DNA of 64,000 nt from Myxococcota bacterium. GTDB lineage: Bacteria; Myxococcota_A; UBA9160; UBA6930. Positions 56,421-64,000 of this stretch are shown here, piece by piece. The notes under the pieces are model-generated. The model was not told where the DNA came from. It was given only the letters and a program-made list of their open reading frames with translations, and did no database searches. The DNA is taken from the NCBI GenBank assembly GCA_965223415.1, contig OZ245002.1:672001-736000 (forward strand), in the 5' to 3' direction. The position numbers and the translations under genes are program-made. Within the stretch, counting starts at the first letter, position 1, and each line of letters starts with the position of its first letter.

Positions 56421-57425
56421 ATGGCACGCGTCGTCCTCGCGGTCCACGGCGGAGCCGGCGGCCTCCGGCGGGAGCGCCTGGCGGAGGACGACGATCGCGC
56501 CATGCGCGAGGCGGTGCGGGTGGCCCTCGCCGAAGGCGGCGCACTCCTCGACGCGGGCGGCTCGGCCCTCGACGCGGTCGAAGCTGCCGTCGTCGCCCTG
56601 GAGCGCGCGCCGATCCTGAACGCCGGCGTGGGCTCGGTGCTCACCCGCGACGGCGGGGTCGAGATGGACGCCGCCTTGATGGACGGGGCCACGGGCCGCG
56701 CGGGCGCGGTGGCCTGCGTGACTCGCGTGGCCCACCCGATCTCCCTGGCCCGCGCCGTGCTCGAGGACGGCGCCCACGTGCTACTGGCCGGCGAGGGCGC
56801 CCTGGCCTTCGCGGAAGAGCGCGGCATCGCCGGGCTCGCCCCGGAGGCACTCGTCACCGACACGCGGCAGAGGCAGCTGGCCCGGGCGAAGGCAAAGGCC
56901 CGGGTCTCCCTCGACCACGACGAGGTCTCCGCCAGCCGCGAAGGTCGCGGCGACGACGACGACGCGGCCCGCGAGGGTGGTGGCGACGACGACGACGCGG
57001 CTCGCGAGGGTGGCGGTACCGTCGGCGCCGTGGCCCGCGACGCCGCCGGACACCTGGCCGCCGCCACGTCGACCGGCGGCATGACGAACCAGCTGCCCGG
57101 CCGGGTGGGTGACAGCCCGGTGATCGGTGCCGGCACCTGGGCCCGGGACGCGTCCTGCGCCGTGTCCGCCACCGGACACGGCGAGGCCTACCTGCGGACC
57201 GCCTTCGCCCACGAGATCGACGCCGCGATGCGGCTCGCGGGCTGCGATCTCGAGCGCGCCTGCGCCCGCGCCCTGGCTCGCGTCGCCGCCGCCGGCGGGA
57301 GCGGAGGCTGCATCGCCGTGGACGCGGAAGGACGTCTCGCCCTGCCCTTCGACACGCCGGGCATGATCCGCGGCTGGCGGGCCCCGGACGGACGCTCCCA
57401 CATCGCACTCTTCGCGAACGAGTAG
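56421..57425 (+). CDS. iaaA: Isoaspartyl peptidase/L-asparaginase (Ntn hydrolase)
   Basis: VHGGAG, NAGVGS, EMDA, GTVGAVA, AATSTGG, GRVGDSP, SATGHGE. Confidence 0.9.
   Translation: MARVVLAVHGGAGGLRRERLAEDDDRAMREAVRVALAEGGALLDAGGSALDAVEAAVVALERAPILNAGVGSVLTRDGGVEMDAALMDGATGRAGAVACVTRVAHPISLARAVLEDGAHVLLAGEGALAFAEERGIAGLAPEALVTDTRQRQLARAKAKARVSLDHDEVSASREGRGDDDDAAREGGGDDDDAAREGGGTVGAVARDAAGHLAAATSTGGMTNQLPGRVGDSPVIGAGTWARDASCAVSATGHGEAYLRTAFAHEIDAAMRLAGCDLERACARALARVAAAGGSGGCIAVDAEGRLALPFDTPGMIRGWRAPDGRSHIALFANE
56937..57016 (+). repeat. 33-bp in-frame tandem repeat, about 2.4 copies (REGGGDDDDAA)
   Basis: CGCGAAGGTCGCGGCGACGACGACGACGCGGCC / CGCGAGGGTGGTGGCGACGACGACGACGCGGCT / CGCGAGGGTGGCGG. 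Confidence 0.85.
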
Positions 57426-59300
57426 CTACGCCGGGCGCTCCGGCTCCTCCTCCGCGGCCTCCTCGTCGGCTTCGACGGGATTCCCCGCCGCGTCCAGCAG
57501 CTCGGTCGGTCCCGTGGCGAACACCACCGGGCCGGGGCGCTCGCGGCGCCACGGCTGGTCGGAAACCAGGCGCTGGGCCGCGCGCACACCGTCGGCCGCA
57601 GCGCCGGCGTCGGTGGTGCGGCCGGGCGGATCGGCGGGCGCGGTCGGCGGCTCGCCGGGGAAGAGATGCACCGTCTGGGTCGGGAAGGCGAACTGCACGC
57701 CGAGCTGGTCGGCCAGGCGGACGATGTCGAGGAAGAGGCGCTCGCGCTCGCGCAGCTCGGTGTTCCAGTCCGGCACCTCGAAGAACATGTAGAGCATCAC
57801 GTCGAGGCTCGAGGCCCCGAACTCGTTGCACCACACCTGGTAGTAGTCCTTGCGCGTGTAGGGATGGGTGCGGATCAGCTCGCGTACGCCCTCGGTGAAG
57901 GCCACCAGCTGCTGGGGCGACGTGTCGTACTGGAGGCCCAGGGTGGTCTTCCAGCGCCGGTAGCGGCGGCGTCCGTAGTTGTCGACGCGCGCCCGCACCA
58001 GGTTCGCGTTCGGCACGGTGATCTGGGAGTTGTAGAAGGTGCGCACGCGGGTCGAGCGGAAGCCCACCGCCTCCACGATGCCCTCGGAATCGTCGATGAC
58101 CACCCAGTCGCCGATGTCGAAGGGCCGGTCGAGGATCACGGCGATGGAGCCAAAGAAGTTCTCCACCGTGTCCTTCGCGGCGAAGGAGAAGCCCACGCCG
58201 GCGACGGTGAGCGAGGCCAGGAGTGGCGTGATCGGCAGGTCGAGGGCGTCGGCGGCGTAGATGATGCCCATCGTCGCCACGAAGATCTTGAGGGCGCGGC
58301 TGACCATCGGCACCAGGATGTCGTCGATCTTGCTCTCGGTGCGTTCGGCGCGGCTCCCCGCCACGCCCGCGACCAGATCGATCAGGCGCCAGGCGGAGAG
58401 GGTAGCCGTGAGCACGAGGAAGACCTGCAGCGCGCCTTCGAGGATCAGCTCGAGGGTGGTCGTCAGGTCGACGATGCGAACGGCGAACAGCCAGACCAGC
58501 GCCGCGACGAAGAGACCGATCGGTCGCAGGGTGAGGCGAAGCTGCTCGGGATCCTCCCTCCCACCAACCCGGGCCGAGAGCCGCTTCGAGACGACGCGCA
58601 GGAGGATGCGCACCAGCGCGTCCGCGACCAGTCCGAGCAGAATCACGAGGAAGAGGCCGATCCACTGCCAGGCCTTGACGCCGATCAAGGTCGTCTCGAT
58701 CAGGCGTTCCGGGATTCGCTGCTCCACCCAGTCGCCAAGGGTCAGCACATCGCTTCCGGCGACGAGCGGGAGATCGGAGAGCTGCTCCTCCAGCGCCGGG
58801 AGGCCCTGCACGGTCGCCGCGTCGAAGCGCCACAGGCCGGCGTCGTCCCGGCGCAGGACGATGCCGGCGGCCGGCGTGCCGATCCGCCGCAGCAGTGCGC
58901 CGTGGCGCGCGCGGTCCGGGAACCAGACCCACTTGCCGAGGCCCTTGGCTTCGACCGCGACGGCGTCCGGCAGCGCGCCCACGTCGACCTGCTCGATGCG
59001 GTTCAGCGCGGCGTAGAGCTGGCGCGCCAGGCTCCGACCGTCGGCCTCGGGCCGGAGATCCAGGTCGAGGCAGGAGATGGCCTCGTCCCAGGCGCCGGGC
59101 CGCTCCCACAGCTCGTTCATCGCAACGAGGAAGCTGTGCATCGTCGCCCGCGGACTGGCGAGCCGGGCGGCGCGGGCCCGCGCCCGCTCGTCGGCACGGG
59201 CCGCCGCCAGACCGTTCGCCCCGGCGCCTTCCTCCTGGGCGACGCCCGCCGCCGGGGCGAGCAACAGCAGAGCGGCCAGGACGAGGCGAAGGCATGCCAT
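57426..59300 (-). CDS. MscS family mechanosensitive channel with periplasmic N-domain
   Basis: ASPRATMHSF, FAAKDTVENFFG, DRPFDIGDW, VGFRSTRVRT, FAFPTQT. Confidence 0.92.
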   Translation of the reverse strand: MACLRLVLAALLLLAPAAGVAQEEGAGANGLAAARADERARARAARLASPRATMHSFLVAMNELWERPGAWDEAISCLDLDLRPEADGRSLARQLYAALNRIEQVDVGALPDAVAVEAKGLGKWVWFPDRARHGALLRRIGTPAAGIVLRRDDAGLWRFDAATVQGLPALEEQLSDLPLVAGSDVLTLGDWVEQRIPERLIETTLIGVKAWQWIGLFLVILLGLVADALVRILLRVVSKRLSARVGGREDPEQLRLTLRPIGLFVAALVWLFAVRIVDLTTTLELILEGALQVFLVLTATLSAWRLIDLVAGVAGSRAERTESKIDDILVPMVSRALKIFVATMGIIYAADALDLPITPLLASLTVAGVGFSFAAKDTVENFFGSIAVILDRPFDIGDWVVIDDSEGIVEAVGFRSTRVRTFYNSQITVPNANLVRARVDNYGRRRYRRWKTTLGLQYDTSPQQLVAFTEGVRELIRTHPYTRKDYYQVWCNEFGASSLDVMLYMFFEVPDWNTELRERERLFLDIVRLADQLGVQFAFPTQTVHLFPGEPPTAPADPPGRTTDAGAAADGVRAAQRLVSDQPWRRERPGPVVFATGPTELLDAAGNPVEADEEAAEEEPERPA

Positions 59301-59364
59301 GGCGCGGAGGGTTCCAACTCCGCCGGGGGCCTGCAATCGGGGCGCGGGCTACCCTGCGCCGCCC

Positions 59365-61545
59365 ATGCGGAGGTGGCTGCGTCGCATCCTCTGGACCGGC
59401 TCGGGGCTGGTCCTCGCCCCGCTGCTGGTCGCCGGCGCGGGCCTCTTCCTGTTCTGGCTCGCGGGGCGCGGCGGTGCGCCGGCGGATGGCGGCGAGCCGA
59501 CCCGCGCGCGCATTCCGGACGCCGTGCGGGCCGAGCGCGCCGCGGCCCTGGCGGCGAGCGGCGTCGCGCGTCCGGAGGACAAGCAGATCCTGTTCGGCGA
59601 TCTCCACGTCCACAGCCAGTTCTCCTTCGACGCGCGGGTCTTCGGCTTGCCGGCGCTGGGGGGCGAGCTGGCCCATCCGCCCGCCGACGCCTGCGATTTC
59701 GCGCGCTTCTGCGCCGGACTCGACTTCTGGAGCATCAACGACCATGCGGAGGCGATGCACCCGGAACAGTGGCGGGAGACCCGCGAGATGATCCGCGAGT
59801 GCAACGCCGTCGCCGGGCCCGCGGAGGATCCGGACGTGGTGGCCTTCCTCGGCTGGGAGTGGAGCCAGGGCGGGCTCAGCGCCGAGAGCCACTACGGCCA
59901 CCGCAACGTGGTGCTGCGAGACACGGAAGAAGGCCGTGTGCCGGTCCGGCCCATCGCCTCGAGCCGCTTCAACCCGTGGGGCCTCATGGGCGTCTTCGTC
60001 GCCGCCGCGGACCCGGACCCGACCCACGACTACGCCGCCTATCATCGCGCGCTGTGGCAGGGGCTCACCCTGCGGAGCTGCCCGGAAGGCGTACCGGTGC
60101 GGGAGCTACCGTGGGACTGCGCCGAGATCGTCGCCACGCCGGACCTCCTGTTCGAGAAGCTCGACGACTGGGGGTTCCCGAGCCTCGTCATCCCCCACGG
60201 CCTCTCCTGGGGAACGACCAACCCGCCAGGCGCGCGCCTCGACCACCAGCTCGGAGCGATGCACGACCCGGCGCGCCAACGCCTGCTCGAGGTGTACTCG
60301 GGCCACGGCAACTCGGAAGTGTGGGCGGACGTGCGTCACATCGCCTACGACGCGGCCGGAGAGCCGCTCTGTCCGGAGCCCCGGCAGGGCTTCACGCCCT
60401 GCTGCTGGCAGGCCGGGGAGCTGGCCCGAAGGGAGTGCGCCGAGCCCGGCTCCGCGGCCTGCGAGGCGAGCGTGGCCCAGGCCCGGCGCGACGCCCTCGG
60501 CGGCTTTCCCTTCGGCGACGTCGGCACGCGGCGCGAGGGCGCCACCCTCGAGGACTGGGGCAGCTGCGGCCAGCTCGAAGACGCCTTCCTGCCCGCCTTC
60601 TCGTACCGGCCGCGCCAATCCGTCCAGTACGGGCTCGCCCTCGCCACGGATCAGGAGAACGGCCGGCTCCGCTTCGGGCTGATCGGGTCGAGCGACAACC
60701 ACCGGGCGCGGCCCGGCTCCAGCTACAAGGAGCTCGGCCTCGGCGCAATGAGCGACGGCAACCGCCCGACGCCGACCTGGGCCCGCGATCGCGAAGACCT
60801 TCGCGCCCGGATCGCGGGCATCGCCTCGGGGGTGAGCCGAGGCGACAGCTTCTACTACACCGGCGGGCTCGCCGCCGTGCACGCGCCGGGCCGGGACCGG
60901 GGCGCGATCTTCGAGGCGCTCCAGCGCCGGGAGACCTACGGCACCTCCGGTCCCCGCATCCAGCTCTGGTTCGACCTGCTCGGGGACGACGACGTGCGTC
61001 ATCCGATGGGCTCGGAGCTCTCGGTAAGGGGCATCCCCCGCTTCGAGGTGCGCGCCGCCGGCGCTCACGTGGAGCGGCCCGGCTGCCCGAGCTGGGTGAG
61101 CGAGCGCCTGGGCCGGGCAGAGCTCGCGCGGCTGTGCCTGGGCGAGTGCCACCACCCGGGCAGCGAGCGAATCCCGATCGACCGCATCGAAGTCGTGCGC
61201 ATCGTGCCGGGCGTACGCCCCGGCGGCGACTTCGACGCGGCCATCGAGGACCCCTGGCGCGTCTTCCCCTGCAGCGGCGACGGAGAAGGCTGCCGGGTGA
61301 CCTTCGAGGACCCGGCCTTCGGGGAGGCCCCGGAGGTCGTCTACTACGCGAGGGCCCTCCAGGCGCCGACGCCGGCCATCAACGGCGATCCGCTCTCCTG
61401 CGAGCGCGACGCCCTGGGGCGCTGCGTCCGGGCGCGGCCCTGCCGCTCCCGGGGCTACGACCAGCCCGTTCCCGAGGAGTGCATCGCACCGGTCCGGGAG
61501 CGTGCTTGGTCATCGCCGATCTTCGTCATGCGCGAGGGCGCCTAG
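59365..61545 (+). CDS. DUF3604 (PHP-like metallohydrolase) protein
   Basis: LFGDLHVHS, DFWSINDHAE, GWEWS, IPHG, GSSDNH, RRETYGTSGPRI, ERAWSSPIF. Confidence 0.88.
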   Translation: MRRWLRRILWTGSGLVLAPLLVAGAGLFLFWLAGRGGAPADGGEPTRARIPDAVRAERAAALAASGVARPEDKQILFGDLHVHSQFSFDARVFGLPALGGELAHPPADACDFARFCAGLDFWSINDHAEAMHPEQWRETREMIRECNAVAGPAEDPDVVAFLGWEWSQGGLSAESHYGHRNVVLRDTEEGRVPVRPIASSRFNPWGLMGVFVAAADPDPTHDYAAYHRALWQGLTLRSCPEGVPVRELPWDCAEIVATPDLLFEKLDDWGFPSLVIPHGLSWGTTNPPGARLDHQLGAMHDPARQRLLEVYSGHGNSEVWADVRHIAYDAAGEPLCPEPRQGFTPCCWQAGELARRECAEPGSAACEASVAQARRDALGGFPFGDVGTRREGATLEDWGSCGQLEDAFLPAFSYRPRQSVQYGLALATDQENGRLRFGLIGSSDNHRARPGSSYKELGLGAMSDGNRPTPTWARDREDLRARIAGIASGVSRGDSFYYTGGLAAVHAPGRDRGAIFEALQRRETYGTSGPRIQLWFDLLGDDDVRHPMGSELSVRGIPRFEVRAAGAHVERPGCPSWVSERLGRAELARLCLGECHHPGSERIPIDRIEVVRIVPGVRPGGDFDAAIEDPWRVFPCSGDGEGCRVTFEDPAFGEAPEVVYYARALQAPTPAINGDPLSCERDALGRCVRARPCRSRGYDQPVPEECIAPVRERAWSSPIFVMREGA

Positions 61546-61546
61546 C

Positions 61547-62200
<654 letters not shown>

Positions 62201-62233
62201 GCTACCCTCCGGGCATTCCCGGAAGGAGCGGCC

Positions 62234-62764
62234 ATGGGCATCCATCATCTCGCCTTCGCCACCCGCGACCTCGAGGCCACCCACGACTTCTACACGAAGG
62301 CGATGGGCTTCGATCTCCTCAAGGTCGAGATGGGCAAGATCGGCAAGGGCTGGGCCAAGCACGTCTTCTACGGCACCGGCTCCGCCCGCGACCAGCTGAT
62401 CGCCTTCTGGGACCTGCACGAGCAGGAGCTGCCCGAAGACTGGTCGGCGGACATCGGCCTCGGCCTCCCGCCCGGCGTGAACCACCTGGCCTTCTCCGCC
62501 GAAGGCCTGGACGACCTCGCCAGCTGCCGGGACCGCTGGCTGCGCTACGGCGTCGACGTGCTGGAGATCGACCACCGCTGGTGCCGGTCGATCTACACCC
62601 GGGACCCCAACGGCTGGATGGTCGAGTTCTGCACCCTCACCCGCGACCTCACCGACGCCGACCGGGAGCAGGCCCATCACCTCCTCACCCTCGACGACCC
62701 CACCGGCCACCTGAACCCCCCGAAATCCCAGACCCTCTACAAAGCCGCCGACTTCCAACCCTGA
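62234..62764 (+). CDS. VOC (glyoxalase) family protein
   Basis: IHHLAF, NHLAF, SIYTRDPNG.MVEF; AAGGAG RBS. Confidence 0.88.
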   Translation: MGIHHLAFATRDLEATHDFYTKAMGFDLLKVEMGKIGKGWAKHVFYGTGSARDQLIAFWDLHEQELPEDWSADIGLGLPPGVNHLAFSAEGLDDLASCRDRWLRYGVDVLEIDHRWCRSIYTRDPNGWMVEFCTLTRDLTDADREQAHHLLTLDDPTGHLNPPKSQTLYKAADFQP

Positions 62765-62791
62765 TGTTAAGTTAGGGGCCGGTTCCGTTTG

Positions 62792-63691
62792 TTAAGATGC
62801 TTCCGGGACTTCGCGGCTCTGGAGCCAGGCTTCGAGCATGTGGTTGACGGTCTCGGGGGCCTCCTGCTGGACCCAGTGGGAGATGCCGGGTAGATAGCGG
62901 ACGGTGAGGTCGCTCACGTAGCGCTCGGTGCCATAGGTGAGTTCCTTTCCGAGCGCCGGATCGTTCTCGCCCCAGATCATGAGCGTCGGCGTGTCGATCT
63001 TGGGCAGCTCCTCGTCGTCGACGAAGCCACGGCCGGCGGCGCGATACCAGTCGATCATCGCCTTCATGCCGCCGGGGCGCAGCGCGTTCTGGCGGTAGAC
63101 CTGGATCAGCTCGTCGGGGAAGCGGCTCGCGTCCATGCCGGGCTGGCGGAAGGCCCGCTCCAGGATCACCGCATCCCGGCGCGTGAGCGCCCACTCGGGA
63201 AGCCGCGGAATCTGGAAGAAGACCGCATACCAGGAGCGGAGCTTCTGCCTCCACCCCTTGCGCAGCCCCTCCTGGAAGCAGGTCGGGTGGGGCACGTTCA
63301 TGATGACGAGCCGGTCGAGGCGCCGGATGCGCCGCGCCGCGAAGGTCCACGCCACGATCGCGCCCCAATCGTGGGCGAGCAGCACGACCTCGTCGGCGTC
63401 GGCAGCGTCGATCAGGTGCGCCACGTCCCCGATCAGGCACTCGATGCCGTAGGCGGCCTGCTCGGTGAAGATCGGGGACGCGCCGTAGCCGCGCTGGTTC
63501 GGTGCCCACACCTTGAACCCGAGACTTGCGAGGAGCGGCATCTGCCAGCGCCAGGAGACCGCGTGCTCGGGGAAGCCGTGCAGGCACAGGGCCAGCCTCC
63601 GGCTCGCGGGATCCCCCGCGGTGTGCACCTCGAAGCGCAGGCCGCCGGCCTCGACGAACTCGACCCGGACGCCCTCTCCCAACACGCTCAT
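62792..63691 (-). CDS. Epoxide hydrolase-like alpha/beta hydrolase
   Basis: LHGFPE, RGYG, AHDWG, SWY, WYR, WGEND, SHWVQQE. Confidence 0.9.
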   Translation of the reverse strand: MSVLGEGVRVEFVEAGGLRFEVHTAGDPASRRLALCLHGFPEHAVSWRWQMPLLASLGFKVWAPNQRGYGASPIFTEQAAYGIECLIGDVAHLIDAADADEVVLLAHDWGAIVAWTFAARRIRRLDRLVIMNVPHPTCFQEGLRKGWRQKLRSWYAVFFQIPRLPEWALTRRDAVILERAFRQPGMDASRFPDELIQVYRQNALRPGGMKAMIDWYRAAGRGFVDDEELPKIDTPTLMIWGENDPALGKELTYGTERYVSDLTVRYLPGISHWVQQEAPETVNHMLEAWLQSREVPEAS

Positions 63692-64000
63692 TGCCCGCCC
63701 TCCTCCATCGCCTCGTAGGACGTCTGGATCAGATCCTCGCTGGACACACCCAGCTGCTTCATCAACCGATCGACCTTCGCGCGCTCCCCCGCCTCCGCCT
63801 CGGGAGAGGCGTCGAACACCGCCTCCAGCTCGAGGAAGGTGCCGAGGCCGTCGACTCGGTCGAGGTGGATGCGGACGTTGTCCACGAGGGCGATCTCCCG
63901 CTCCTTCCGCACCACCTTGTGCACGCCGAGCAGCTCGCCGAGGAGCCGCCGCAGCTCGGCGGGCTCCGGGACCGGCACGACCTGGTAGTCCGAACGCTTC
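63688..64000 (-). CDS. CYTH domain / class IV adenylate cyclase, 5' end outside window
   Basis: KRSDY...VRKERE...VRIHLDRVDGLGTFLELEAV...SY. Confidence 0.85.
   Translation of the reverse strand, partial: KRSDYQVVPVPEPAELRRLLGELLGVHKVVRKEREIALVDNVRIHLDRVDGLGTFLELEAVFDASPEAEAGERAKVDRLMKQLGVSSEDLIQTSYEAMEEGGQ

Noticed and set aside
62765..62796. TGTTAAG-TTAGGGGCCGGTTCCGTT-TGTTAAG between convergent VOC and hydrolase genes as a fourth REP-like copy
   Set aside because: Only loosely resembles the GGGGACGTTCC core, is a single arm with no long inverted repeat, and is too short to support

Overview
Very GC-rich bacterial chromosomal segment with about 60 tightly packed genes. A Myxococcota/Deltaproteobacteria-like Gram-negative host is inferred from the PEP-CTERM gene, lipase foldase, Ser/Thr kinase, DUF3604 and sigma-54 promoters. 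Most genes are metabolic or housekeeping: lipid/acyl-CoA catabolism, peptidases, purC, lysA, tag, an eukaryote-type UGPase, and signalling proteins (GGDEF-EAL, HDOD, two-component pair). One intact IS5-family element (9668-10937, 13-bp TIRs, TTAG duplication) sits at a stop codon. The most notable items are: (1) three 94-95 bp nested-palindrome REP-doublet-like elements with a GGGACGTTCCT core, all between convergent genes and in two cases overlapping coding ends; (2) three different C-terminal protein-sorting signals: a class GN sortase with its LPQGG target, a sigma-54-driven PEP-CTERM protein, and a 'CGLGxEL-TM-RRRR' tail on an S8 protease that I cannot assign to a named class; (3) an antisense 11-Cys secreted peptide between a lipase and its foldase; (4) a KDSR-like reductase next to GH3 and GT4 genes; (5) a zinc-independent rpsN-rpmE2-rpmB cluster; (6) a GH9-like lipoprotein lacking the DAGD motif. 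No rRNA, tRNA or CRISPR array was seen. All product calls come from motif recognition by eye, not database searches.
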